DNA from: a virus | DNA: 64,000 nucleotides | Virus record (IMG/VR): IMGVR_UViG_3300040796_000034 | Span: 62,851 to 126,850 of that record | Reading direction: 5' to 3' (one strand) | In this document: piece after piece, positions 1-10,242 of the stretch | How the letters are laid out: each line of letters starts with the position of its first letter | Position numbering within the stretch: position 1 is the first letter of the stretch | Notes under the pieces: model-generated | Told to the model about the DNA's origin: nothing | Databases searched by the model: none | The model's input: only the letters and a program-made list of their open reading frames with translations | Position numbers and translations under genes: made by a program

Positions 1-61
1 AGCTTCTACAAACTCATTGTAGCCTAAATATGCGGTTAAATCTATTTCAAGTTTAGCCATA

Positions 62-928
62 TTAACAAGGGCTTATTGTAATTTGTCCACATTCAATTAC
101 ATATTGTTCATCTAAGGAATTATCTACAATTAATTCGTAGTTAAATTTCCTATCAATAGATGATTGTGGGAAAAGACTCATATCAGAAGTCCTTAATTGA
201 ATTTGATAAATCAACTCTTTCTTATTATCTTCAAGTAGAGTTTCACTACGAAGAATAATTGAATTATCTCGATATCTTGTAGATTTATCTATTACTAAGT
301 TGTTTCCATCAAATACTTTGAAAAGAATAGCTGTACCGATTTGAGATATCTGTTTCCCATATAAATAAAAGTCAATAGCATAGTTGTTAAGTCTTTTAAG
401 TTTTTGATTCTTAAAAGCTTTGTCGCCTAACATTAAGTCACCGCTTGGGGGTGTAGTCATCATGTATCGTTGTACAGGATTTACTACAAAATGAGACTCA
501 TCAATCCCTATTTCACTACCTATATTTCTTATGTAATTTGTCTTTGCAAAGGTATTACATGAATCAATATAGGCAGACATTTCTAAACTTCTTTCTTTAT
601 TTGGGCTAACATCTATATCAAAGGTTTCTAAATATGTTGAAGCTTTCATAGACCTTTCATAATACACTTTTGAAAGCATATTACTTATATCTGTTTTAGC
701 TGAAACATATAAAGCACTTGATTTATTTGGAACTACTGAAACACTAAAACTATCAAGATAACTTTTTGCCGTCGCACTACGCTCAAAGAATACATCAGAC
801 ATTACTGTATTAGCAGAATCCAATACAGCTTTATTAGATAAACTCCTTTCAAAAAAGAGAAGAGCATTGTCTAGTTGAATGTTTGAAGTATCTAAATAGG
901 TCGTACATTGTAAGTTATATGTAGTCAT
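62..928 (-). CDS. hypothetical virion protein (tail/baseplate neighbourhood) with internal repeats
   Basis: 288-aa ORF in the structural operon; repeated units FERSATAKSYLDSF..V.PNK / YERSMKASTYLETF..V.PNK. Confidence 0.5.
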   Translation of the reverse strand: MTTYNLQCTTYLDTSNIQLDNALLFFERSLSNKAVLDSANTVMSDVFFERSATAKSYLDSFSVSVVPNKSSALYVSAKTDISNMLSKVYYERSMKASTYLETFDIDVSPNKERSLEMSAYIDSCNTFAKTNYIRNIGSEIGIDESHFVVNPVQRYMMTTPPSGDLMLGDKAFKNQKLKRLNNYAIDFYLYGKQISQIGTAILFKVFDGNNLVIDKSTRYRDNSIILRSETLLEDNKKELIYQIQLRTSDMSLFPQSSIDRKFNYELIVDNSLDEQYVIECGQITISPC

Positions 929-929
929 G

Positions 930-1781
930 TTATTCAGAAATAGTTATAGAATTAATACCGATTTTAAGTTTGTCATCTTCAAATAAGACTACACTTTTAC
1001 TACTATCAAAATTATTTGCATAGAGTAAAGAAGTCATACCTGTTGCGGTTTTATAAATCGCGTAAGACTTTGCTTGTGGCCAATCAGCGGTAGCTTTTTC
1101 AAAAATAAGCACCAGTAAGTTCACTGCATTACGACCTGTAACTGACCAATTTGAGCCATCACAAGGGATTGGTAAACGTAAGTAACCGGGTGCTGTAGTA
1201 ACGTCAAATTCTTTAATGTCTCCAGTTGTCGGAGTATTTGTATTAACTAAATCACTACCTAATGCTAAAAATACTTGAGAAGGTGTTTCAAAAATCTCAG
1301 AACGTAATAGTTTTAACTGAGAGTTTGCTAAATAATCACTTTTTTTACTCAGAGTATTGTCTGATTTAGTTTCAGAAATAACTAACTTACCGGGTGGGAT
1401 ATTAAAGTTATCACCAACTCCAATAGAGCGAGCTAAATCAATGTGACCATAGTAAAGAATATTACCTGCTGTAGAAGCATCAAAAATACCAAAAGCTACA
1501 ACACTTGGATAAATTTCTAAAGCATCGTTGAAGGTTATATCTTGCTGATTATGGATTTGCCTATTACTAGGTTCACTCCAATATGCTGTACCCAATGGAT
1601 ACGCTACTCTAGCATATCCTGTAGTACCAGGAATTTCTGTAAAATTACTTCCATCTGTTGCGGGTAAAGTGCTAGATAAGGCTATGAAAACATTACCAGC
1701 GGTGTTAGGTAAGGATACTACGTCTCCAGTTAAGAAGCTAAGTAAGTTACCTGCTAAAATTGTTGATTTACGGTCTGCCAT
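930..1781 (-). CDS. phage tail/baseplate-associated protein, two tandem copies of one domain
   Basis: GYARV..W...NQQDITF..FGIFDASTAGNILYYG, repeated as GYLRL..W...NLLVLIF..YAIYKTATG; motif typical of small tail structural proteins. Confidence 0.65.
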   Translation of the reverse strand: MADRKSTILAGNLLSFLTGDVVSLPNTAGNVFIALSSTLPATDGSNFTEIPGTTGYARVAYPLGTAYWSEPSNRQIHNQQDITFNDALEIYPSVVAFGIFDASTAGNILYYGHIDLARSIGVGDNFNIPPGKLVISETKSDNTLSKKSDYLANSQLKLLRSEIFETPSQVFLALGSDLVNTNTPTTGDIKEFDVTTAPGYLRLPIPCDGSNWSVTGRNAVNLLVLIFEKATADWPQAKSYAIYKTATGMTSLLYANNFDSSKSVVLFEDDKLKIGINSITISE

Positions 1782-1784
1782 ATT

Positions 1785-2276
1785 TTATATGTATCTTTTG
1801 TATTTGTTATAAATCTGTGTGTATCCAGGTGACATATCTGTTTTATGTTGAATTTTCTGCCCCTCTTTAAGTAACTCTACTTCTTTTTCTTGAATATCAT
1901 AAAACATTAAGTCTTGATTACTTGTAAACTCTGTAGGTATGTCAACTAATGAAATAGATTGATAGTAGTCAAACAGACCTTCTCTATGTTCATTATAGCA
2001 ATTAATCCAAATACATCTATCTTTAGGTATCTTGTATTGAGATAGAACTTTAGTGATTAATAAATACCTTCCATTAGTTATATCAGAACCTTTATGGTCG
2101 TCTAAATCTTTTACCGTTACAAGCCAGTAGTGATATGGTATCCATCTGAAATAGTAATCTTTAAGGTCTTCATCTCTTACGGGGCTGTAGATGTTTAAAA
2201 TACATTTACTATCATCGTTTGACCATTCAAATACATGGTCTTTGGGTTGGTTATAAAGCTTTAGAATCGGTTCCAT
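1785..2276 (-). CDS. hypothetical protein
   Basis: 163-aa ORF tightly packed in the operon. Confidence 0.55.
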   Translation of the reverse strand: MEPILKLYNQPKDHVFEWSNDDSKCILNIYSPVRDEDLKDYYFRWIPYHYWLVTVKDLDDHKGSDITNGRYLLITKVLSQYKIPKDRCIWINCYNEHREGLFDYYQSISLVDIPTEFTSNQDLMFYDIQEKEVELLKEGQKIQHKTDMSPGYTQIYNKYKRYI

Positions 2277-2281
2277 AATTG

Positions 2282-2590
2282 TTAATCTTTCAAATATTTA
2301 CCAATACGAGCTTTGTAAACTTCTTTTTCTCTACCTAATTCTGTATGACTGTTAGGTGTTACTTCTGGCGCTAAATCACTTCTATCAAAACCTTTTTGAC
2401 TTCTATCAAACGGGCTTACAGGTCTAGTTATCGGACCTAGCGTATTACTAGGAGATAAGTTATTAGCCTCTCTAGCCATTTTATATTTCATAGTCTCTAA
2501 ACTACGTTCTTTCTCTTTACGTTCTCTAATCTCTTCGCTGAAGGGGTTTAGTCTTAAACTTTGTCTTACGGGAAATCTTGGTTGCATCAT
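2282..2590 (-). CDS. hypothetical basic protein
   Basis: 102-aa ORF, operon packing. Confidence 0.5.
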   Translation of the reverse strand: MMQPRFPVRQSLRLNPFSEEIRERKEKERSLETMKYKMAREANNLSPSNTLGPITRPVSPFDRSQKGFDRSDLAPEVTPNSHTELGREKEVYKARIGKYLKD

Positions 2591-2774
2591 ATTTATTTCT
2601 CTTCCTATTTTTGTAAGCAGTATAACCTGCCATACTTAAACCGCCTAATGTAGCAATACCGAGTCCAACCCTGTAGTCAAATTTCCTACGACCTTTTATA
2701 CCGTCATAAGCATAAGGGATTGTTCTTGCATCGCCCGCTACATCTATGTATTTAGCCATTACTAATCTCGGCAT
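2526..2774 (-). CDS. small basic protein with Gly/Ala-rich hydrophobic segment (putative internal virion protein)
   Basis: VGLGIATLGGLSMAGYTAY followed by KNRKRNK. Confidence 0.55.
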   Translation of the reverse strand: MPRLVMAKYIDVAGDARTIPYAYDGIKGRRKFDYRVGLGIATLGGLSMAGYTAYKNRKRNKYDATKISRKTKFKTKPLQRRD

Positions 2775-3384
2775 TCATTGGTCTATTTCTTCCACCTCGT
2801 TTAGGCTCATCTTCAAAGTTGATACCTAATTTATCGAGAGTGTCTTTACCCATTCTACCAATCATTACAGTTGAAGGAGTTAATAAATCTCGTCTTCTGT
2901 TTCTCATAGGAGTGTGAATAAGTATTAATGGATGAGCTTCTGTAGAACCTTCTTCTCTATTATAAGAGACTCCAGGGATATAGATGTTTGTGCCTACGAA
3001 ATAAGCCTTAAGCTCTTCTCTAGCCCGCTGTAACATCGTTCCACCGTATCCACTGTCTCCACCTAGTGAAGGTACAAGAGAGGTATCATACAGGGATATT
3101 GCTAACTCAGCTAATACAAACTTTTCTACAATATCTTTAAGTACAACCTTATCTCTCTCATCTACAGGTAATACATAAAGAGTCCCAAAGTAAACGTCAA
3201 TCTTATGTTCAACTTGATGAACAATATCTTCAACTAACTCAGGGTCTATAGTTTGACTTATAACTCCCGTCTCGTCTAAAGGTATTAATGCAGATTGAAA
3301 TACGTTAGCTCTCCTACCTATTTTACGATTAAGAGATGTGAAGGATGTGTACCTAAATTCTTTATCCATAACTCTATTTAGCAA
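2752..3384 (-). CDS. putative head-tail connector/adaptor (Mu gp36/DUF1320-like)
   Basis: IVHQVEHKIDVYFGTLYVLPV...LKDIVEKFVLAEL...RAREEL pattern; downstream of the capsid gene. Confidence 0.5.
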   Translation of the reverse strand: MLNRVMDKEFRYTSFTSLNRKIGRRANVFQSALIPLDETGVISQTIDPELVEDIVHQVEHKIDVYFGTLYVLPVDERDKVVLKDIVEKFVLAELAISLYDTSLVPSLGGDSGYGGTMLQRAREELKAYFVGTNIYIPGVSYNREEGSTEAHPLILIHTPMRNRRRDLLTPSTVMIGRMGKDTLDKLGINFEDEPKRGGRNRPMNAEISNG

Positions 3385-3628
3385 ATTTGCGTAATGTACT
3401 AATCCATCCTCTAATCTCTCTTGATGTAGAAGCTCCTGTAGATACGGTATCTTTAGCCAGTCTAGCTCTGTGATAGCTTCCTACATTTTCAATATCGTCT
3501 TTATTGCTTGGTTTACTGGGGCCAGAAGGACCGGGCTTAACTCGTTCTTTTGTATTCTTCCGTCTTAGACCGTGAAAGCCTTTGTCTTTTTGTTCTTTGG
3601 CAAAGTTTACAAATCTTCTAGGCATCAA
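3374..3628 (-). CDS. small basic protein (putative internal virion protein)
   Basis: 84 aa, K/R-rich, N-terminal FVNF motif. Confidence 0.55.
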   Translation of the reverse strand: MMPRRFVNFAKEQKDKGFHGLRRKNTKERVKPGPSGPSKPSNKDDIENVGSYHRARLAKDTVSTGASTSREIRGWISTLRKFAK

Positions 3629-3965
3629 AATTAGTCCTCCCTGGTAAACCGGATGGCGTACTTAAAAGTTTCTTTTCTTTTTTCAGTTTATCTTTAATCT
3701 CATCTTTATTCATTGCCATATTCATTAAGTTAAGGTACTCATCGTTAATTTTAAAGCGCTCTCTAAGTATTTCTAATACACCTAAGCCTGTACCTCCAAT
3801 AATGGCAAAAAGAGCTTGAAAAGATTCTTGAGTAACTACACCATCATCTAAATAGTCGTAATAAATATTTAAACAAGGTGTAGAAACTGAAATAAGAAAA
3901 GTAAGACTTACTACATAGAATAAAGGTGTTGTAAAAAAATTCTTTGTATCTTTATTTTTGCTCAT
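3618..3965 (-). CDS. two-TM membrane protein, holin-like
   Basis: Two hydrophobic segments (FYVVSLTFLISVSTPCL; FQALFAIIGGTGLGVL) and a charged C-terminus. Confidence 0.4.
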   Translation of the reverse strand: MSKNKDTKNFFTTPLFYVVSLTFLISVSTPCLNIYYDYLDDGVVTQESFQALFAIIGGTGLGVLEILRERFKINDEYLNLMNMAMNKDEIKDKLKKEKKLLSTPSGLPGRTNFDA

Positions 3966-4329
3966 ACCTAATAACTCCTCGTTCTACAGTTAGCAAAGCA
4001 GTGTCAGGGAATGTTACTAATATTTCATAATCTATTTTAAGATTATAACTATCAGGTATTCCCGTAATTTCTAAAGTGTCGATTAATGTTTCAAACTGAA
4101 TTTTATTAGTATCAGAGTATATTTCAATTAACGGTTTTGTTAAAGAAAATACTGGTGTACTGTAATTATGTGAAAGAATGATTTGACAAGTGCTTCCCAG
4201 TAGAGTAGAGCTATCTAATACATTCTCTCTTTCCAAGATGACACCTACAGGTAAATCATCTCCTTCATACAAGACACTGCCTTTAAATTTGTTCTCTAAC
4301 CACCTTTTATAGACATTAACTTTTAGCAT
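3952..4329 (-). CDS. hypothetical protein
   Basis: 125-aa ORF overlapping its neighbours in the operon. Confidence 0.5.
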   Translation of the reverse strand: MLKVNVYKRWLENKFKGSVLYEGDDLPVGVILERENVLDSSTLLGSTCQIILSHNYSTPVFSLTKPLIEIYSDTNKIQFETLIDTLEITGIPDSYNLKIDYEILVTFPDTALLTVERGVIRYEQK

Positions 4330-4742
4330 ATAAAATCCTCTTGTATCGTTTTACTGTAATTAATTCTTTTAGAAATATCTTTAAAATCTAAGACTAAATT
4401 AATTTGATAACTACGTTCAGTTCGATACGTTAAAAGCTTGTCTATAAAAGCTGTCTCTACATTTATCTGAGGTATGTAAATCTGAAACTCTACAACAGCA
4501 TACATCCTTTTAAAAAAGAATATGACTGAAGTATCTATTTCAGAATCTAGTTCAAATAAGGTAATCCCACTAAGTTTATCAATAATCGTACCATTAAAAG
4601 TAAGACTAGAGAAATCAAAACTGTTGTTATTATCTTCTATCTTAAATTTTAAAGATATATTGTCTTCAAAGTTGAGTTTTTTATACTCGATATCTAATGC
4701 TAAAGGATTAGTTAGACTTAGTTGATTCTGTTTCATTCTCAA
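4323..4742 (-). CDS. hypothetical protein
   Basis: 139-aa ORF in the operon. Confidence 0.5.
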   Translation of the reverse strand: MRMKQNQLSLTNPLALDIEYKKLNFEDNISLKFKIEDNNNSFDFSSLTFNGTIIDKLSGITLFELDSEIDTSVIFFFKRMYAVVEFQIYIPQINVETAFIDKLLTYRTERSYQINLVLDFKDISKRINYSKTIQEDFIC

Positions 4743-5184
4743 TCACATAACCTAGTTTAGTGTAGTCTTTCTCAGGTTTTACAAGACTATTAAAAGACTT
4801 CCAATCTTTAAAAGGTCTCTTTTCTAAAATAATATTAATCTTTTTAAGAGTAAAATCTTGAGAATCTAACATTTCCTTTTTTTCTAAAGTGTTTAAATTC
4901 TTCTTATTAACAATAGTTACTTTAGAAGTATCAAAAACCTCTTGGTTAATAGGGAGACGACCTTTAGTCTCTTCACCTATTTGCGTATCAATTAATCTTT
5001 CACGGTCTAAACTATTATCAATCTTTTCATAAACAGGTGTTTGATTATCGTTTAATTTAATAATATCAGCACTGTGTTTATCTAAAAGTTCTTGTGATAG
5101 TTCCCCTTCTTTATAAGGAGTCTGTGAAGGGTAGTAAATGTTTCCAAATCTATCCCATATTGTCTTTTTTAGTAAATATTGCAT
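4708..5184 (-). CDS. protein with C-terminal helix-hairpin-helix (ComEA-like) domain
   Basis: NLNTLEKKEM...KKINIILEKRPFKDWKSF resembles the HhH signature; directly after the capsid gene. Confidence 0.5.
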   Translation of the reverse strand: MQYLLKKTIWDRFGNIYYPSQTPYKEGELSQELLDKHSADIIKLNDNQTPVYEKIDNSLDRERLIDTQIGEETKGRLPINQEVFDTSKVTIVNKKNLNTLEKKEMLDSQDFTLKKINIILEKRPFKDWKSFNSLVKPEKDYTKLGYVIENETESTKSN

Positions 5185-5190
5185 ACTAAT

Positions 5191-6369
5191 CTAGTTAACC
5201 TGGTGTGTAAAGAAATACTTAGGATTTAATGCAATTGGTAAGAATGTACTAATTACGGATACTAAATCCATTGGAGGACTTTGTTTCTTTTCTTCAATGT
5301 GTACATAAAAACCCGTCTTAGGTTCTGGGATTCTATCTCCACCAGTTACAACAACCTTACTAGATTCAAGTACGGGGCCGATAGCAGATAAGCCCATACC
5401 TTTTCTTGCAAAAGAGTATTTGTTATTAGGATAGAAACGAGTTGGTATTTCTTCACCCTTCTCATTTTCTTCATAATACTTATAATCTATTGTTTGGATT
5501 GGTGGAATACCTCTAATCTGAAGCATCTTATCTAACACTTCTGGAGATACTGTACCGACTTGAGCAACTGTTAAACTCGATGCCGCATCCTTGGTACTCT
5601 TTTGTTGTAAAAGTTTTAAATACAAGTCTCTACTCATAATCACAGCATCAGGAGGGAATCCGTTAGTGTCAATGTAAGTGTTTACATCTTCAAACAAATT
5701 CTGAAGTCCGTTAGCGTTTTCTGTATCATCCCACTTATTTAGTGTAGGAGTGACTGTATTACCTGTAGCTACTAAAGCAGCCGGATAGTGATTATAGATT
5801 ACGCCTGGTTTTTTCCAATCAATAGAAAGACGAGATTCTGTACGGTTATCTACATAATCTACTTGACATTTCTCTAATACTTGAAACTTAAGACTGTCTT
5901 GACGTACAATAACACCTTTAATTAGAGAGTCAACTGTACCGTAGATATAGGATGCTAGCTCATCCCTAGAACCTTTACGAATAATACTACCATCAGCAGC
6001 ATAATCGTGAGTTACCGATAAACCTTTCCACTGTGCATCGTACATAGCATCTCTCATTTCCCACTGTCTCTCTTCATCAAAGATAGTCCCTAGACCTATC
6101 TTGATTAATTGAGACCTAACTCGGTCAAGCTTACCGCTCATCGTTAATGGGATTTCAGCACCGTAAGCTACGATAGATGCAGCTTTGATAATACGTTCAG
6201 TAAGTAACTGTTGGAAATTCCTAGATTCAAAAGTCTTATTAGTGAAGTAATCATCGATAATATTATCTCTTCGGTCTCGGTTTAAATACCAGACTAAAGT
6301 ATCATCAGTGAGAACATCAACTGTACGAGACTCTTTTCTTGTTTCTAAGAAACTTTTAATAAAAGCCAT
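5191..6369 (-). CDS. major capsid protein (lambda gpE-like)
   Basis: 392 aa; AASIVAYGAEIPL, W....NGL.NL, PDAVIMSR..Y..L, RFYPNNK..F, FLPI..NP pattern; gene order protease-scaffold-decoration-capsid. Confidence 0.8.
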   Translation of the reverse strand: MAFIKSFLETRKESRTVDVLTDDTLVWYLNRDRRDNIIDDYFTNKTFESRNFQQLLTERIIKAASIVAYGAEIPLTMSGKLDRVRSQLIKIGLGTIFDEERQWEMRDAMYDAQWKGLSVTHDYAADGSIIRKGSRDELASYIYGTVDSLIKGVIVRQDSLKFQVLEKCQVDYVDNRTESRLSIDWKKPGVIYNHYPAALVATGNTVTPTLNKWDDTENANGLQNLFEDVNTYIDTNGFPPDAVIMSRDLYLKLLQQKSTKDAASSLTVAQVGTVSPEVLDKMLQIRGIPPIQTIDYKYYEENEKGEEIPTRFYPNNKYSFARKGMGLSAIGPVLESSKVVVTGGDRIPEPKTGFYVHIEEKKQSPPMDLVSVISTFLPIALNPKYFFTHQVN

Positions 6370-6407
6370 AGTTTGTTATTTTCTTATATTCTGTGAATTA
6401 ATGAGAT

Positions 6408-7238
6408 TTAACCCCATTTAGTTTTTATTTCAATTAGGGGTAGATGCTTTTTAATAGTTGCATCATAGTGAGGTAGATGTCCTTTATAGACTTTACCTTG
6501 GTTACATCCTGCAAGATTAAGTGTAGGTTGATTTGTTAAGTCATAACTATGAAAAGTTAAGCAAAAAATATTATCTACTTCAACTCCAATAGGCATTCCT
6601 ATAGGAGCAGCTTCCGTAATAGTACCTGTCATTACAATTTCTTCAGTGTCTAAATCAATGTAGGATACTGTACCAATAGTTGCTGGCGCATTAATCGTAG
6701 CATTTCCCGCACCAAGACTACCTGTTAAGGTCATAGTCTCTTGGGTTACACCATCTGTACTGTAAAAATAGATGTCATCTTCATAAGCAAAGAATGTGTA
6801 CACCTCTGTTAAAGACGTATAGCGATTCAACTCATTAGCAAACATTACAGCGGCTTCCTGTACGGTACTTGCACCAGTAGGAGTATAACTGTAGGTAATA
6901 CCTTTAACAGCTACAGAACCAATTGCAACGGAGCTTACAGTAATTACACCATAAGGAGCTATGTGTTTAATAACATCTCCGTTAGTGAATACAAAAGGGT
7001 TTTCCACTTTAATGCGTACACCACTAGGAGCTACCGTTACAGTACCTCTTGGTAGGAATCTATTTTCTTCACCAATTTTCGCTACGAATGTACCTGCTGG
7101 CACTGTTCGTTTACCTTGTTTGTTTAAAGAAATCTTTTCGTTGGTGATGTGAAAAGAATAAGGTGTAGAAATATAATCAGGAAAGGCAAAAATAGCTTTA
7201 TCCTGAGAATATGTAGGGTCTCTTAATACAAAACTCAT
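6408..7238 (-). CDS. putative head decoration protein
   Basis: GKRTVPAGTFVAK near the N-terminus and VYKGHLP near the C-terminus; immediately upstream of the capsid gene. Confidence 0.55.
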   Translation of the reverse strand: MSFVLRDPTYSQDKAIFAFPDYISTPYSFHITNEKISLNKQGKRTVPAGTFVAKIGEENRFLPRGTVTVAPSGVRIKVENPFVFTNGDVIKHIAPYGVITVSSVAIGSVAVKGITYSYTPTGASTVQEAAVMFANELNRYTSLTEVYTFFAYEDDIYFYSTDGVTQETMTLTGSLGAGNATINAPATIGTVSYIDLDTEEIVMTGTITEAAPIGMPIGVEVDNIFCLTFHSYDLTNQPTLNLAGCNQGKVYKGHLPHYDATIKKHLPLIEIKTKWG

Positions 7239-7251
7239 ATTTTATTTTTGT

Positions 7252-8139
7252 TTAGAATTGGTTGTTACGATATGCAGCAGCTTGATTACGGGCTTGCTCA
7301 ATTTCACTCATTTCAAATTCAGCCGCAGCGTAAATGTCTTCACCGACTACAGCACCGAAGTCCACTCCACCAGCCTCGTGAAAATTAGCAAGAGTAAATC
7401 TCATTGCAAATAGTTGAGTCTCAATACTTACACCGTTATGTTCACACATAGCAGCAAACTCAGCAGCCATTGTATCAATATCTTCTGCATTAAAACTTAG
7501 ACATTGATTGTAAATATTAGCTGGTAAGAAACCTGCTTCAAATAATTCATCAGCATAATCTACGATTTCAGCAAGTTCATCTTTAACTTGTTCGTTAATA
7601 GAGAACTCTGTAATATAACCACTGATGTCATCTATACGACTTTCAACTTCTGGAAGATAGCTATAAGCTAATTCTTCAGCTAAAGGTTCCCCTTCATCTT
7701 CTACATAGAGGTAATCCTCGTCATCATATTCGTCTATATAGTCGTCATCGTAATAATCGTAGTAATCGTCTTCATCAAAATCATCATCGTATTCGTCGTA
7801 ATACTCATCATCGTATTCGTCTTCATAATCTTCATCATCGTAATACGCATCTTCTTCTAATTCATCGTAAATATCGAAAAAATCTTCTTCATCGTATTCA
7901 CCTCTATCTGTTGCCGCACCTAGCTGTACAAAATCATAGACATCTTGTACATCTGCATTTTCAAAAGCATCAAGCATACCATCTACAACATCTTCATCTG
8001 GTACAAGTTGACCAGAAATAATTGCATCTAGTGTTTCTGCATCGATACCTGTCGTATCCATCATATCTTCAAGAGCATCCGTATAATCGTAATACTCTTC
8101 GTTAATTAAATCTTGAAATAGTTCGGAAGTTATTGTCAT
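7252..8139 (-). CDS. highly acidic putative scaffolding protein
   Basis: D/E/Y low-complexity tract; lies between the protease and decoration/capsid genes. Confidence 0.55.
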   Translation of the reverse strand: MTITSELFQDLINEEYYDYTDALEDMMDTTGIDAETLDAIISGQLVPDEDVVDGMLDAFENADVQDVYDFVQLGAATDRGEYDEEDFFDIYDELEEDAYYDDEDYEDEYDDEYYDEYDDDFDEDDYYDYYDDDYIDEYDDEDYLYVEDEGEPLAEELAYSYLPEVESRIDDISGYITEFSINEQVKDELAEIVDYADELFEAGFLPANIYNQCLSFNAEDIDTMAAEFAAMCEHNGVSIETQLFAMRFTLANFHEAGGVDFGAVVGEDIYAAAEFEMSEIEQARNQAAAYRNNQF

Positions 8140-8141
8140 TG

Positions 8142-8441
8142 TTATTTAGCTTTTCTGAATATACCTGCCATTGTCCCTATACCTAAACCTGCTATTGCAG
8201 CGGCTCTATCAGCGGGTAAACCTTTACGTTTAGTGGAAGAGCTAGAAGATTTTTTTTGAGTACGAGATTTTTTTCTCTTTCTTCTCTCTCTCTTCTCTCT
8301 GGTTTCACTACTCTTCTTTTTTCTTTCCCAAGTAGGTAAGGGATTAGTTCCACCAACAGCATAACCAATACCCCAACCAGCACCCGCACCAGTTCCCGCA
8401 TCTAACAGGATTTGTTTAGTTTTTCTACCAGCATAGTTCAT
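8142..8441 (-). CDS. small basic protein with two Gly/Ala-rich hydrophobic segments
   Basis: AGTGAGAGWGIGYAVG; K/R tract; AAAIAGLGIGTMAGIFRKAK. Confidence 0.6.
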   Translation of the reverse strand: MNYAGRKTKQILLDAGTGAGAGWGIGYAVGGTNPLPTWERKKKSSETREKRERRKRKKSRTQKKSSSSSTKRKGLPADRAAAIAGLGIGTMAGIFRKAK

Positions 8442-8450
8442 GGTAGTTCC

Positions 8451-8639
8451 TTATCGATAGTTTATAGGTATCCCTGGAAGACCTACAGTAGCTTGACCGT
8501 AAGAAGCTCCTGGTTTTACTTTTTTACCGAGAGTCTTAATCCATCCAGCCGTATAAGTGTCTCGTAGATTACATTTACGAGCTTTATCTAACGTAGGGGT
8601 TGTAGTCGTATGCGACCTTGTATTATGTTTATTTTTCAC
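8451..8639 (-). CDS. small basic hypothetical protein
   Basis: 62-aa ORF filling an operon gap. Confidence 0.4.
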   Translation of the reverse strand: MKNKHNTRSHTTTTPTLDKARKCNLRDTYTAGWIKTLGKKVKPGASYGQATVGLPGIPINYR

Positions 8640-8683
8640 TGTTATATACCTCTTTTACGTTGTTTGTTTGTAAGAAGTATTAT

Positions 8684-9940
8684 TTATCTTTTTTTCTTAC
8701 GACGACTTAAAGCATAAGCTCCCCCAGCACCAGCGGCTCCCGCACCTACCCCAATACTATACTTACCAGCATTACTTTTAAGATGACGAGCGCCTTTACC
8801 AACAAAAGATTTAGAGAGTTTTCTCTTACCCCTACTTATTAAACCTTCTTTCCCTACTACTTTTGTTGTTGGATTTCCATAAACAAAAGGGCCTGATTTT
8901 ACAATACTTTCATCAAGTAATTTACCTCGGACGGCTCTGATTGGTGTAGTTAAGAAACGACCTACTTTTGCAACGGTGTCTTTACCATATTTATATTCAG
9001 TTACATCCTCATCTTCATCATAACCGACTACAGGTACACCGTTTAAATAGTAAAATTGCATATTTGAATTTCCTTGATTTTTTTTAGATAATTGATTTGA
9101 GTATTCTACAAAGTCTTGTAAATTGTTAAACTTCGGACTTTGATTTTGTTGAGAAGTTTGTTTCTGTAAGGTTTGATTACTTTGGTTTTCATTTTGAACC
9201 TGTTCATCTTTACTTACTTTGTACATTTCTAAGACTTTATCTTGAAATTGTGAAAGATTCTGTTGAATTAATACCTCCTTTTGCATATTACCTTCTACTT
9301 CATCTTGAGAAGATACGTTTTTCACATTATCAAGTACATCTAATAGTGTATCAAATATTTTTTGAGCTTGCTGTCTCAATTTCCCGGATTCATCTTTATC
9401 TTTCAATGCTTCATCTAATAGTAGCGCATTAAAATTTACTATGTTACCCATATCATCGTGAAATAATACTGTATTGGGTATTGCGGGAATACCTACTAAA
9501 GAAACTTCCCTTATATGGAAATTTTTTAAGTCGATGCCTGCACTTAAAGTTTTTGATAAACCTCTATTAATCTTATCGATTAAATCATCGTCCATTATTT
9601 TAACACTATCAGAAAAAACTCCCCATCTTCCTAGTAAATGTTCCCACTTAGGATTACTGTTAATATCATCTTCTGTAATTTGTCTTACATCTAACGGTTC
9701 ATCTATTTCACCTACTTGATTATTTACATCCTTATTATGTTCAGTAAATATAGGAATACCAGAACTGTATGAAAGATAGTTATTAGTATTCTCTACAAGC
9801 TTTTTAATGTCGCTATCTGTAAAGAAAAATTCACGACCTTTAGAATCCTTATGTGGTTTACCCTCTTCTGTTGAGTAGAAGATAAGACCTTTTTTAATAA
9901 GTTCTTTAGGTACGCTTTGCTTAAATTCAGTAATTCTCAT
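8684..9940 (-). CDS. prohead protease (Mu gpI/herpes-assemblin-like) with long C-terminal extension
   Basis: IPIFTEH...VG; LSAGI...IREVSLVGIPAIP catalytic pattern; position in the head module. Confidence 0.7.
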   Translation of the reverse strand: MRITEFKQSVPKELIKKGLIFYSTEEGKPHKDSKGREFFFTDSDIKKLVENTNNYLSYSSGIPIFTEHNKDVNNQVGEIDEPLDVRQITEDDINSNPKWEHLLGRWGVFSDSVKIMDDDLIDKINRGLSKTLSAGIDLKNFHIREVSLVGIPAIPNTVLFHDDMGNIVNFNALLLDEALKDKDESGKLRQQAQKIFDTLLDVLDNVKNVSSQDEVEGNMQKEVLIQQNLSQFQDKVLEMYKVSKDEQVQNENQSNQTLQKQTSQQNQSPKFNNLQDFVEYSNQLSKKNQGNSNMQFYYLNGVPVVGYDEDEDVTEYKYGKDTVAKVGRFLTTPIRAVRGKLLDESIVKSGPFVYGNPTTKVVGKEGLISRGKRKLSKSFVGKGARHLKSNAGKYSIGVGAGAAGAGGAYALSRRKKKR

Positions 9941-9961
9941 ATTATAGTATATTAATTTCTT

Positions 9962-10237
9962 CTATCTCTCTTCCCAAAGTGTCTTACCATCTTTTTTTAT
10001 CTTGCTTTTCTTTCCATCACTTGTGATTACAGTAGGGTTTTTTAAAGTTTTTGTTCCAGTAACTTTTTGTAAAAGAGAGGGTTCTTGTTTCCATAATACC
10101 TTATCTTTACTCTTAACACTATATCCTTTCTCTTTAATATCTTTTTTCACACTCGGACTATTAAGAAATTTACTAACTTCTCTAGCTTCTTTATTACCTT
10201 TCTTTTTTTTCTTATTTCTTAGATTGTCTAGCCACAT
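9962..10237 (-). CDS. small Lys-rich protein
   Basis: 91-aa ORF in the operon. Confidence 0.5.
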   Translation of the reverse strand: MWLDNLRNKKKKKGNKEAREVSKFLNSPSVKKDIKEKGYSVKSKDKVLWKQEPSLLQKVTGTKTLKNPTVITSDGKKSKIKKDGKTLWEER

Positions 10238-10242
10238 ATTTA